DNA of 64,000 nucleotides from Alphaproteobacteria bacterium (GTDB lineage Bacteria; Pseudomonadota; Alphaproteobacteria; Micavibrionales; UBA2020): NCBI GenBank assembly GCA_025934695.1, contig JAICWS010000005.1, positions 146,206 to 210,205 of the forward strand, read 5' to 3'. Shown piece by piece: positions 55,630 to 64,000 of this stretch (position 1 is its first letter; each line of letters starts with the position of its first letter). The notes under the pieces were generated by a model. It saw only the letters and a program-made list of their open reading frames with translations, ran no database searches and was not told where the DNA came from. The position numbers and the translations under genes were made by a program.

Positions 55630-56808
55630 TTACGCTTTCGGCGGCTTTGGCGCGGCGGAAGGCGCTGGGATCTTGAGGCCTTTCAACTGGTCCTTCAGCG
55701 TCTCGTCCTGGTATTCCGCGTTGTATTCGAAGCCCGCGTCGACGAGCTTCTGCGCCAGCTTCAGCGGCGTATCCACGTTCGCGGGGAAAGCCCACCAGCC
55801 TTCGACGCAATCGTCAATATATTGCACTTCGGGAAACAGGTGATACATGACGGAGTAAGATTTCTTTGATTCGTCCGTGCCCTTGCCCTTCGGCGCCACC
55901 ACGGCGACCAGGTCGCCGTCGTCATCGCGCATATCATAAACGATAAAATAAAAGTTCGAGGCGAGCGCCTTGGGATCGGCTTTCTTCAGCAGCCAGTTCG
56001 GTACCTCATCGTTGCCTTCTTCGTTGCCCTCGAGCACGACCTTCATGACCTGCTGCGCGGCTTCCTTCGGCGACGGCTCATCTTCCATCGCGGCGATTTG
56101 CTGGTCGAGGCCTTTCGTCAGGCTGGCGTCGATGTAATCCTGGAAATCGCGGCTCCACTGGAAGCCTTGGGCCTGCAGGTACTTCGCGAAGTCGGCCGGA
56201 GTTTTCACGTTCTTCTCGTAGCATTCCCAGGTGGACTCTTGAGCCTGCCCGCATTTCGGCAGCAAATGTCCCACGGGGCCCGACTGGTCGGAGCAATGGC
56301 CCTCTTCCTTGAAAACGCGGATCGGAGTGATGAGGGCCGTCAGGGAATCGTCTTCGCCGCAGATGGCGAAGCAATGCCGGTTGGCGAGCGCCTTGCCGGC
56401 GTCGTCGAGTATCTTCTTCGGCACGCCCCATTCGGAGCCTTCAAAGTCCTCGCCGTCGGTGTTCGCGCGCGGCTTATCGCCCATAATGATGGCGATGGCC
56501 TCGTCCGCCGCCTCATTGGCGATAGGGCCATAAGCAATCTCGGGCTGCGACAGCGCGGGTGCCGCATTCTTGCGGAATTGCGCGGGCAGGCTGATATTTG
56601 CGTCCAGGTCCTTGCCTTTCACGTTGAACTGTCCCTCGCCCAGTTCCGTGACCGCCACCTGCGCACCGGTCGTCTTGTTCTCGAATTCCCGCACCCACTG
56701 GCCTTCGTCGTTCTTCGACTTGGGCCCGCGCTTCCACTCGTCCGCATCGCTGTGCAGAAGGGCCTGGAACACCAGCTTGAGCTGGTCGCTTGTCGTGGGT
56801 TTTTTCAT
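55630..56808 (-). CDS. hypothetical 392-aa acidic protein with an internally duplicated ~100-aa module
   Basis: Module ends TPADFAKYLQAQGFQWSRDFQDYID and TPLKLAQKLVDAGFEYNAEYQDETL. Its stop is followed by GGAG and the ANK gene start. Confidence 0.7.
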   Translation of the reverse strand: MKKPTTSDQLKLVFQALLHSDADEWKRGPKSKNDEGQWVREFENKTTGAQVAVTELGEGQFNVKGKDLDANISLPAQFRKNAAPALSQPEIAYGPIANEAADEAIAIIMGDKPRANTDGEDFEGSEWGVPKKILDDAGKALANRHCFAICGEDDSLTALITPIRVFKEEGHCSDQSGPVGHLLPKCGQAQESTWECYEKNVKTPADFAKYLQAQGFQWSRDFQDYIDASLTKGLDQQIAAMEDEPSPKEAAQQVMKVVLEGNEEGNDEVPNWLLKKADPKALASNFYFIVYDMRDDDGDLVAVVAPKGKGTDESKKSYSVMYHLFPEVQYIDDCVEGWWAFPANVDTPLKLAQKLVDAGFEYNAEYQDETLKDQLKGLKIPAPSAAPKPPKA

Positions 56809-56917
56809 GATTATCTTCCTGTTTGATAAGGCTTAAAAACGAATGCTGCCTGTTTACCATAAGGCGCTACTTATGACAAGAAGAAGTTCCTCACCCTGGA
56901 TGAGGAAGGTTAAGAAT

Positions 56918-56946
56918 TTGACAGGGAAAGCAAATTTTAAATAATC
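56918..56946 (+). promoter_or_regulatory. sigma70-type promoter
   Basis: TTGACA, 17 nt spacer, ATAATC. Confidence 0.45.
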
Positions 56947-56984
56947 GAATACTTAATAATTTCAGGTTATGCTGTAAGTGGAAT

Positions 56985-57545
56985 ATGCGTGGGGTTTTTA
57001 GACAAGTGACGACGAGATCCAGGATTTTCGCTTTGTTTGTGCTGGCGATGCTGGCACTGCCGCTGTGCTCTTCCACAGCTTTCAGCGACGACACCAAACA
57101 GGCCAGTGCCGACACCAATACAACCTCCGCCTCCGCGGCCGCGACCAATACGGCCACCGCGACAAAGGACGATGATTCCACCGCGAAGTCCAATAAATGG
57201 AACAACGATGTCTGTGAAATCATCGGCATCGTCGATCATCTTGAAAGCGTCGAGCGCTCCCCCTGGTCCGACGGCACGCCCTCGACCTTGAGCATGTTTG
57301 AAACCGACATCTGGGTTTCGGTGAAAGACCGCAAGCCGCACGCGAAGAACGCAACCAGCACCAGCATCTGCAACCGGGGCGCCAAGACCGAGGCGCTGGC
57401 GACCTATAAGTTATGCTCGCCCGCCATCGTGAAAAAGGGCGACCGCATCAAGGCCATCGAAGGGCTGCGCACCGGCTCCAACAAGGCCGTCGGCTGCCTG
57501 TTCGACGTCGCCGTCATTTCGTCGTCGTCGACGGGCAAGAAGTAA
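56985..57545 (+). CDS. hypothetical exported protein
   Basis: Signal peptide IFALFVLAMLALPLCSSTAFS, a Thr/Ala/Ser-rich linker, and four Cys. Confidence 0.6.
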   Translation: MRGVFRQVTTRSRIFALFVLAMLALPLCSSTAFSDDTKQASADTNTTSASAAATNTATATKDDDSTAKSNKWNNDVCEIIGIVDHLESVERSPWSDGTPSTLSMFETDIWVSVKDRKPHAKNATSTSICNRGAKTEALATYKLCSPAIVKKGDRIKAIEGLRTGSNKAVGCLFDVAVISSSSTGKK

Positions 57546-57571
57546 TATCTGCCATTTTTCGGAAGGTTAAC

Positions 57572-57599
57572 GAACTGGACCCCGACTTTCGTCGGGGTG
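57572..57599. repeat. hairpin-repeat half element (identical to the right arm of 9094..9201)
   Basis: AACTGGACCCCGACTTTCGTCGGGGTGG, between convergent genes. Confidence 0.8.
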
Positions 57600-57602
57600 G
57601 AG

Positions 57603-58574
57603 CTATTCCTTCGGCAGTTCTTCCCTGCCCCGGCTGCGGTTGTGGCCGAGGATGGCGTGGACGCCGAAGAAGAACAGCAGCGTGCCGAAAAATGACTGCA
57701 GGCCCACGATAAAGCGCATGGCATTCGTGAGCGGGATGATATCGCCGAAGCCCAGCGTGCTGACCGTCACGAGCGAGAAGTAAACGGCCTCGACGAAGGA
57801 AATATGCCGCGGTTTGCCGTGCACCTCGAAGTGCGGCACGCTGGACGACAAATAGTCGATATTCTTGTAAATCGCGGCGAAGACCACGATGATGAATGAA
57901 TACATGATGAAGAAGGCGAAGGCGGACTTGATCAGCTTCGCGTTCTCCGCGAAGAATTCGCCGAACAGGACCCCGGTGTCGATCAGCATCAGCGTGAAGT
58001 CACGGCTGGCGAGAAAGACGATTGCCGACACGCAGCCCATTTCGACCAGGAAGAAGGCCTGCCGGTGCTCGGCCGTGTCCTCATGGTGGCCCTGGTGCAG
58101 GGCGAAAGCCGCGATGCCGACGAGCGCGATGGGAATGAGCCACAGGAACGAGCGGACGAACTTCGCCTCGTTAATATAAACCTGGGATTGAATGATGCTG
58201 GTGATTTCGTCCTTCTTGTAAATCGCGCCGCCCAGAAAACCCGCCAGTGGCAACAGGAAGCCGACGGTAATATAGGGCACCGCCATGCCGTGGAAAATCG
58301 ATTCCACGAAGAAGGCGAAAAAGCATAGGTAAACGGTGATGACGTTGGACAGGATGACGTTGAAGAAGGCGCTGCCGCCGCCGAACAGCCGGTGAAAGGC
58401 CAGCACCATGAAAATGGCGGCCAGGATGCAAGTATAAAAGAGCCCGACTTCCTGGTCCGTCGCGAAGCCGACGAGGCCGAGAAGCGCAATGGAGACGATG
58501 ACCACCGACACATAGCGCCGGTAGAAGCTCAATCCCCGCCGGATGAGTTCGAAATGGAGAAGCCGTTGCGGCAT
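57603..58574 (-). CDS. potassium-channel-like membrane protein
   Basis: The pore signature TLGFGDI sits in VYFSLVTVSTLGFGDIIPL. Multiple N-terminal TM helices. Confidence 0.72.
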   Translation of the reverse strand: MPQRLLHFELIRRGLSFYRRYVSVVIVSIALLGLVGFATDQEVGLFYTCILAAIFMVLAFHRLFGGGSAFFNVILSNVITVYLCFFAFFVESIFHGMAVPYITVGFLLPLAGFLGGAIYKKDEITSIIQSQVYINEAKFVRSFLWLIPIALVGIAAFALHQGHHEDTAEHRQAFFLVEMGCVSAIVFLASRDFTLMLIDTGVLFGEFFAENAKLIKSAFAFFIMYSFIIVVFAAIYKNIDYLSSSVPHFEVHGKPRHISFVEAVYFSLVTVSTLGFGDIIPLTNAMRFIVGLQSFFGTLLFFFGVHAILGHNRSRGREELPKE

Positions 58575-58643
58575 GGACGTCCCTTTGCCCTTTAATTTAC
58601 ATCATAAATGCCTAAAATACACGAGGAAACCATTTAGTAGCCC

Positions 58644-59567
58644 ATGACCAGAACCGTTGTCGCCGCCCTGTATAAATTCGCCCCCCTGACCGGCCTGAAA
58701 AAGCTCCAGGCGGAGCTGCAGGAAGTTTGCGATAAGAACAAGGTTTCCGGCACGCTACTGATCGCCCATGAAGGCATCAACGGCACCATCGCGGGGCCCC
58801 GCACCGGCATTGACCGCGTTTTGGCCGCCTTGCGCAAGCACAGGGAACTCAAGGGGCTCGAACATAAGGAGTCCTTCGCCGAGGAGCAGCCTTTCTACCG
58901 CATGAAGGTGCGCATCAAGAAAGAGATCGTTACGATGGGCGTCGACGGCATTGACCCGAACGAAACGGTCGGGACCTACGTCGACCCCGCCGACTGGAAC
59001 CGCATTATCGCCGATCCGGACACGATCCTCATCGACACGCGCAACGATTACGAGGTGAAGATCGGCACCTTCAAAAACGCGGTCAACCCGCATACTGAAA
59101 ACTTTCGCGAGTTTCCCGCCTATGTCGAAAAACATTACGACCCGAAGAAGGTGAAAAAGGTCGCGATGTTCTGCACCGGTGGCATCCGCTGCGAAAAGGC
59201 CTCGGCCTACATGAAGAAACTGGGCTTCGAAGAGGTCTATCATCTCAAGGGCGGCATCCTGAAATATCTCGAGACCGTGCCCGAGAAGAAAAGCCTGTGG
59301 GAAGGCGAATGCTTCGTCTTCGACCAGCGCGTCGCGGTGAAGCACCGGCTGGAATCGGGCTCCTATACCCTCTGCCCCTCCTGCCGCCATCCAATCGGCG
59401 AGAATGACCGCAAAAGTAAAAAGTTCATCGAGGGCGTCGCCTGCCCCAACTGCTTTGACCGGATTTCCGAAGACCGCAAGGCCCGCTCCGCCGAGCGCCA
59501 CAAGCAGGTCAAGCTTGCCGAAAAGCGAGGGCAGAAGCATATCGGGGCGAAGTACGAAGAGGAATAA
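58644..59567 (+). CDS. trhO: rhodanese-domain tRNA uridine(34) hydroxylase (YceA/TrhO family)
   Basis: AALYKFAPL...[13 protein letters not shown] and [32 protein letters not shown]. Confidence 0.88.
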   Translation: MTRTVVAALYKFAPLTGLKKLQAELQEVCDKNKVSGTLLIAHEGINGTIAGPRTGIDRVLAALRKHRELKGLEHKESFAEEQPFYRMKVRIKKEIVTMGVDGIDPNETVGTYVDPADWNRIIADPDTILIDTRNDYEVKIGTFKNAVNPHTENFREFPAYVEKHYDPKKVKKVAMFCTGGIRCEKASAYMKKLGFEEVYHLKGGILKYLETVPEKKSLWEGECFVFDQRVAVKHRLESGSYTLCPSCRHPIGENDRKSKKFIEGVACPNCFDRISEDRKARSAERHKQVKLAEKRGQKHIGAKYEEE

Positions 59568-60023
59568 TCAGCTTTTCTCGCAGCCCGTCTCGCAAGCGCG
59601 GCATTTGTCGCGCTGCCGCCGCAGCTTGCCTTTGAAGCCGGCGGTGTCGTTGTTCTCGATATAGCCCTCGTAGCGCGGCGGCTCATGCCTGACGACTTTG
59701 AGCCCGTGCTTGACCGGGCACCAGAAATGCTCGGTGCGCGACACGACTTCGCCGACATAGGCCAGCACCCCTTGCGCATAGTCGCAATAGCCGCAGTTCA
59801 GCCGTTCGCGGAAAGTCATATGCGGCAAGTGATCGCGGTCGATAATGATATGATCGCTGCGTTTGACGGTCGCGATGCCGTAAACGCGGAAACAGATCTG
59901 CTGGTAGATCGTCACCAGAAGGTCCATCAGCACGAATGGCACCGAGAGTCCATAAATGAGCGGCGCGGTCAGAAAGCCGCCAAGCGAGGTCTCCCGGCAA
60001 TGGCGCAAGAACCTTGATTTCAT
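59568..60023 (-). CDS. hypothetical Cys-rich membrane-associated protein
   Basis: 151 aa with one TM-like segment. CGYCDY and CRACETGC motifs. Confidence 0.5.
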   Translation of the reverse strand: MKSRFLRHCRETSLGGFLTAPLIYGLSVPFVLMDLLVTIYQQICFRVYGIATVKRSDHIIIDRDHLPHMTFRERLNCGYCDYAQGVLAYVGEVVSRTEHFWCPVKHGLKVVRHEPPRYEGYIENNDTAGFKGKLRRQRDKCRACETGCEKS

Positions 60024-60147
60024 GTGCTTTCCTCCTTCTGGCCGATGCCGGTGCCGCGTCGGGCGGGAATTTGAGTAACCTTTTCCGCGTTTGCAGCGAA
60101 AGATTTAACGATTATATTATTACCATACCCTTTCAGGAGATTGAAAA

Positions 60148-60627
60148 ATGATAGAAAAAGCAGCTTTCGGCGCGGGATGCTTCTGGGGTGTGGAAGCCGC
60201 CTTCCGCCGGCTTGATGGCGTCACCAATACAGCCGTCGGTTACATGGGCGGCCATACCCAAAATCCAACCTACAAAGACGTCTGCACCGATGCGACCGGC
60301 CACGCCGAGGTCGTCCAGGTGGAGTACGATCCGGCGAAAATCTCTTACGAAGAGTTGCTGAACGTCTTCTGGGCCTGCCACGATCCGACCCAGCTGAACC
60401 GTCAGGGCCCCGATGAAGGCACCCAGTACCGCTCGGCCATTTTCACCTATTCCGACAGCCAGAATGCAGCGGCCCAGACGTCGAAAAAGGCCTTGATTGA
60501 ATCTGGAAAATATAAGAAAGCCATCGCCACGGTCATCGAGCCTGCCCAGACCTTCTACATCGCTGAAGACTATCACCAGCAATATCTGGAAAAGAAGGGT
60601 CTGGCGTCCTGCCATTTGCCCAGCTAG
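60148..60627 (+). CDS. msrA: peptide-methionine (S)-S-oxide reductase
   Basis: [15 protein letters not shown] and [13 protein letters not shown]. Confidence 0.95.
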   Translation: MIEKAAFGAGCFWGVEAAFRRLDGVTNTAVGYMGGHTQNPTYKDVCTDATGHAEVVQVEYDPAKISYEELLNVFWACHDPTQLNRQGPDEGTQYRSAIFTYSDSQNAAAQTSKKALIESGKYKKAIATVIEPAQTFYIAEDYHQQYLEKKGLASCHLPS

Positions 60628-60638
60628 AGCGCTCTTAT

Positions 60639-60754
60639 CCCCTCTCCCGCCGCAGGGCGGGAGAGGGTTAGGGAGAGGGATTGTCCCGACGGCGACGTCG
60701 AGTGCAGTACAATCCCTCTCCCTCGGCCCTCTCCCAACATTCGTTGGGAGAGGG
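60639..60754. repeat. triple-hairpin CCCTCTCCC/GGGAGAGGG repeat element
   Basis: Hairpins at 60639-60667, 60671-60722 and 60726-60754 all use the same arm sequence. Confidence 0.8.
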
Positions 60755-60809
60755 GGCTACTTCATCCCCGTCTTGTATGCTAGGTTTTCCTTTAATTTAA
60801 AGGACAAAT

Positions 60810-62009
60810 ATGCCTAATCCCATTCTGAAGCACCTGGCGAACGAGACGCAGCAATTGCACGCGCAGGGGCTGTATAAATCCGAACGGGTGATCGTGTCGC
60901 CGCAGCAGGCGGATATCACTGTTCATACGGCAAATGACGATAAAAAAGTCGTCAATCTGTGCGCCAACAATTATCTCGGGCTCGCCAACCATCCGCGCCT
61001 GATCCAGGCGGCGCATGAGGCGCTCGATGAATACGGGCTTGGCCTTGCCTCGGTGCGCTTTATCTGCGGCACGCAGAGCCTGCACAAGCTGCTCGAGGCG
61101 CGCATGAGCGCCTTCCTGAAGACGGAAGACACCATCCTCTACACCTCCTGCTTCGATGCGAACGGCGGGTTGTTCGAAACCATTCTTGGCGAAGAGGATG
61201 CCGTCATTTCCGACGAGCTCAACCACGCCAGCATCATCGACGGCATCCGCCTGTGCAAGGCGCAGCGCTACCGGTACAAGAACAATGACATGTCCGACCT
61301 CGAGGCGAAGCTGAAGGAAGCCTCGAAAGCGCGCTACAAGCTCATCGCGACCGACGGTGTCTTCTCGATGGATGGCATCATCGCGAATCTGCCGGCCATC
61401 TGTGGCCTCGCGGACAAATATGGCGCGCTCGTCATGGTCGACGACAGCCATGCCGTGGGCTTCACCGGCAAGACCGGCGCGGGCACGCCGGAATATTGGG
61501 GGGTGCAGGACCGCGTCGATATCGTCACCGGCACCTTCGGCAAAGCGCTGGGCGGCGCTTCGGGCGGCTATACGTCGGGGCGCAAAGAAATCGTCGAATG
61601 GCTGCGCCAGCGCTCGCGCCCCTACCTGTTCTCGAACACGCTGGCCCCCCCGATCGTGGCGGCTTCGATCGCCGCGCTCGACCTGCTTCACGACGATACT
61701 TCGCGCCTGCAGAAGCTGCGCGACAATGCCGCCTATTTCCGCAAAGGCATGACCGCGCTCGGCTTCGACCTGATCCCCGGCGAGCATCCGATCATCCCCG
61801 TTATGATTTATGACGCGCCGCTGGCCAAGAAAATGGCCGACCTGCTGCTGGACGAAGGCATTTACGTTATCGCCTTCTCGTACCCCGTCGTGCCGCAGGG
61901 ACGCGCGCGCATCCGCACGCAGATGTCGGCCGCGCACGACAAACAACACCTCGATCATGCCATCGCCGCCTTCGAAAAGGTCGGCCGCAAACTGGGAGTC
62001 CTGAAATGA
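60810..62009 (+). CDS. kbl: glycine C-acetyltransferase (2-amino-3-ketobutyrate CoA ligase)
   Basis: [20 protein letters not shown] and the PLP lysine region [10 protein letters not shown]. Confidence 0.95.
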   Translation: MPNPILKHLANETQQLHAQGLYKSERVIVSPQQADITVHTANDDKKVVNLCANNYLGLANHPRLIQAAHEALDEYGLGLASVRFICGTQSLHKLLEARMSAFLKTEDTILYTSCFDANGGLFETILGEEDAVISDELNHASIIDGIRLCKAQRYRYKNNDMSDLEAKLKEASKARYKLIATDGVFSMDGIIANLPAICGLADKYGALVMVDDSHAVGFTGKTGAGTPEYWGVQDRVDIVTGTFGKALGGASGGYTSGRKEIVEWLRQRSRPYLFSNTLAPPIVAASIAALDLLHDDTSRLQKLRDNAAYFRKGMTALGFDLIPGEHPIIPVMIYDAPLAKKMADLLLDEGIYVIAFSYPVVPQGRARIRTQMSAAHDKQHLDHAIAAFEKVGRKLGVLK

Positions 62010-62458
62010 GCGACACTTCCACGCCAACGGAACCGAAGCCGGCTGAGGCCGCGCCGTCAGCTGAAAACGCGACGCCCGCCGCCCCCGCGACGGGCGCGCC
62101 GAAACCGCGAAAAGAGTTTCTCGATAATCTTGCCGTGAAATTCCTTTTCTCGCTCGTCGCCTGGGCCGCACCGCTGCCGGTCGCCATCGTCGCGTTGAAG
62201 TGCTGGTTCACCAGCTTCGCGTCCGAAAATCAGAGCGGAACGGATCCTTTCTGGTCGCTGCATCACACCGTGACATCCTTCACCGGCCAGGCGGCGGATT
62301 ACATCCCGCTGGCGGCGCTGCTGCCCTCCGCCGTGCTGCTTTCCATCCTCTACCGCTCGGCGACGGGCCGCTTTCTGTCGATCCTCGTGCTCTGCATCTG
62401 CGCCCTCGCGGAAGTCATCGGCATGAGCAGCTTCTTCGGAGGCCCCGGCGCGCAATGA
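62006..62458 (+). CDS. hypothetical membrane protein wedged between kbl and tdh
   Basis: ATGA overlaps at both ends. Pro/Ala-rich N-terminus and three hydrophobic segments. Confidence 0.5.
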   Translation: MSDTSTPTEPKPAEAAPSAENATPAAPATGAPKPRKEFLDNLAVKFLFSLVAWAAPLPVAIVALKCWFTSFASENQSGTDPFWSLHHTVTSFTGQAADYIPLAALLPSAVLLSILYRSATGRFLSILVLCICALAEVIGMSSFFGGPGAQ

Positions 62459-63486
62459 AAGCCCTGTGCAAGAAAGAAGCCAAGCCCGGAATATGGATGG
62501 TGAAGGACGCCCCCGTCCCCGAGATTGAGGCGAACGAGGTGCTGATCAAGATCCGCAAGACATCCATCTGCGGCACCGACATCCACATTTATAAATGGGA
62601 CGAATGGTCGCAGAAGAACGTGCCCGTCCCCCTCATCACCGGCCACGAATGGATGGGCGAAGTCGTCAAGACCGGCGCCGCCGTGAAGAACGTCGAGGCC
62701 GGCCAGCGCGTCTCGGGCGAAGGGCACCTGACCTGCGGCGTCTGCCGCAATTGCCGCGCCGGCAAGCAGCACCTCTGCATCCATACCAAAGGGGTCGGTG
62801 TGAATGTGCAGGGCGCTTTCGCCGAATATTTCAAGCTTCCCGCTTCGAACATTTTCAAGCTGCCGGATAACATTTCGGATGATATCGCGGCCTTCTTCGA
62901 CCCGCTCGGGAACGCCGTGCATACGGCGCTGTCTTTCGACCTCGTGGGCGAGGACGTGCTGATCACGGGCGGCGGACCCATCGGCTGCATGGCAGCGGGC
63001 ATCTGCCGCTTCGCCGGCGCGCGGCATATTGTCGTGACCGACGTCAACCCCTACCGCCTGGAGCTCGCGAAGAAAATGGGCGCTTCGCGCGCGGTCGATG
63101 TATCGAAGACGGAATTGCGCGGAGTCATGAAGGAACTCGGCATGTCCGAAGGCTTCGACGTGGGGCTCGAGATGTCGGGCGTCCCTTCCGCCTTCCGCCA
63201 GATGCTCGACCTCATGCGCCACGGCGGCAAGATCGCCATGCTGGGCATCCCGCCCAAGGACATGTCGGTCGACTGGAACAACGTCATCTTCAAGGGACTT
63301 TTCATCAAGGGCATCTACGGCCGCGAGATGTACGAGACCTGGTACAAGATGAAGGCGATGGTGCAATCGGGCCTCGACCTCTCGCCGATGATCACCCACA
63401 GTTTCGCCGCCGAGGACTTCCAGAAGGCCTTCGATACGATGGCTTCGGGCGAGTCTGGCAAAGTCATCCTGAACTGGTCGGCTTAA
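62455..63486 (+). CDS. tdh: L-threonine 3-dehydrogenase
   Basis: [18 protein letters not shown]...[14 protein letters not shown]...GHEWMGEVV. Confidence 0.95.
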   Translation: MKALCKKEAKPGIWMVKDAPVPEIEANEVLIKIRKTSICGTDIHIYKWDEWSQKNVPVPLITGHEWMGEVVKTGAAVKNVEAGQRVSGEGHLTCGVCRNCRAGKQHLCIHTKGVGVNVQGAFAEYFKLPASNIFKLPDNISDDIAAFFDPLGNAVHTALSFDLVGEDVLITGGGPIGCMAAGICRFAGARHIVVTDVNPYRLELAKKMGASRAVDVSKTELRGVMKELGMSEGFDVGLEMSGVPSAFRQMLDLMRHGGKIAMLGIPPKDMSVDWNNVIFKGLFIKGIYGREMYETWYKMKAMVQSGLDLSPMITHSFAAEDFQKAFDTMASGESGKVILNWSA

Positions 63487-64000
63487 TCCCCGCGCCGGGC
63501 TTGAGCTTGAGGGGTTTGCGCACAGTGACCTGATGATCCGTGCCGGCGCGCATGTCTCGGCGGGCGAATTCGCCACTGAGCATCACGCCCATGGCCTCGC
63601 GGAATTTCGCGCGCCTGATCGTCTTCGCATGCGCGGCGGCATCCATTCCCGATTTGTCGAAGGGCTTCGCATTGGCGCCCAGAGTTAGCAGCGCCTCGGC
63701 GTTTTCGACGTTGTTTCTCTTGATCGCCGCGATCAGCGGCGTTTCGCCGGCGGCGTTCGGACGGTCGATAAGTCCTTTCGCCGTCAGGAATTCGATGACG
63801 GTCCCGTTATCGGCGCGACTGACAGCATAGTGCATCGCCGTATTTCCCTCGGCGTCGGCGGCGGCGCAGGAAGCGCCGTAGCCAACAAGCGCACCCGCCA
63901 TGACGGCATTGCCTTTGTGCGCGGCCGCCATCAGGGCCGTGCGGCCTTTGGCGTCCCGCGTTTCCAAGGCAGCGCCGCCCTCGATCAGGGCATCTACGAT
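63464..64000 (-). CDS. ankyrin-repeat protein (N-terminus beyond window end)
   Basis: [25 protein letters not shown]; [26 protein letters not shown]. Tail is [21 protein letters not shown]. The frame stays open to position 64000. Confidence 0.8.
   Translation of the reverse strand: MVDALIEGGAALETRDAKGRTALMAAAHKGNAVMAGALVGYGASCAAADAEGNTAMHYAVSRADNGTVIEFLTAKGLIDRPNAAGETPLIAAIKRNNVENAEALLTLGANAKPFDKSGMDAAAHAKTIRRAKFREAMGVMLSGEFARRDMRAGTDHQVTVRKPLKLKPGAGIKPTSSG

Noticed and set aside
9094-60754. Whether the repeated hairpin elements constitute a CRISPR array.
   Set aside because: The copies are dispersed over tens of kb, are palindromic, have no regular repeat-spacer periodicity, and no cas genes are present.
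1-64000. tRNA, rRNA, tmRNA, SRP RNA, RNase P RNA, integrase, transposase, prophage or secretion-system genes.
   Set aside because: I scanned the intergenic regions for conserved cores (GGTTCGA-type T-loops, the SRP and RNase P cores) and the ORF track for recombinase or secretion signatures. I found none.

Overview
This looks like a high-GC chromosomal segment from an alphaproteobacterium, judged from gene content and local synteny. I cannot name the organism.

The core backbone is well supported:
- accA (5' partial), a J-domain protein with cobS and cobT, an MDR oxidoreductase, hisS, sufE and clpX.
- a CreA-like gene, a divergent PuuA-like glutamine-synthetase / PuuB-like FAD-oxidoreductase pair, fdxA, carD, rpoH, pip and pgk.
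- a TrxR-type ferredoxin-NADP reductase, nitronate monooxygenase with amn, ftsY-mtaB-dapF, a DsbA-like gene with smc, trhO, msrA, and kbl-tdh.

AT-richer accessory islets interrupt this backbone. They carry an unusual load of eukaryote-like repeat proteins:
- Eight ankyrin-repeat genes: one operon of three translationally coupled genes, one tandem pair, one gene coupled to a 392-aa orphan, one downstream of creA, and one cut by the window end.
- Two Sel1-repeat proteins, an ASCH-domain protein, a 590-aa protein with heptad G-x-Y-x-D repeats, and a PPP-type phosphatase homologue with degenerate metal-binding motifs.

Observations most worth follow-up:
1. A C-terminal V-T-V-(R/K)-x-P-L-K-L-K-like tail is shared by several ankyrin proteins. 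It may be an export or targeting signal.
2. A duplicated promoter plus roughly 190-nt structured RNA lies at 53.9-55.0 kb. Its hairpins show compensatory changes and present CCUCC (anti-Shine-Dalgarno) loops. One copy leads a 105-aa ORF. The other is a terminator-bounded unit that looks like an sRNA.
3. A recurrent TTGACATAAT promoter core sits in front of accessory genes.
4. There are several families of dispersed palindromic (MITE/REP-like) elements. One brackets a frameshifted GIY-YIG nuclease gene and one is inserted between cobS and cobT.
5. A 57-bp duplicate of the accA 3' end flanks a single inserted GT87-like gene.

I found no rRNA genes, tRNA genes, CRISPR array, integrase, transposase or secretion-system gene. 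All calls come from reading the sequence and the ORF track. No database search was run.
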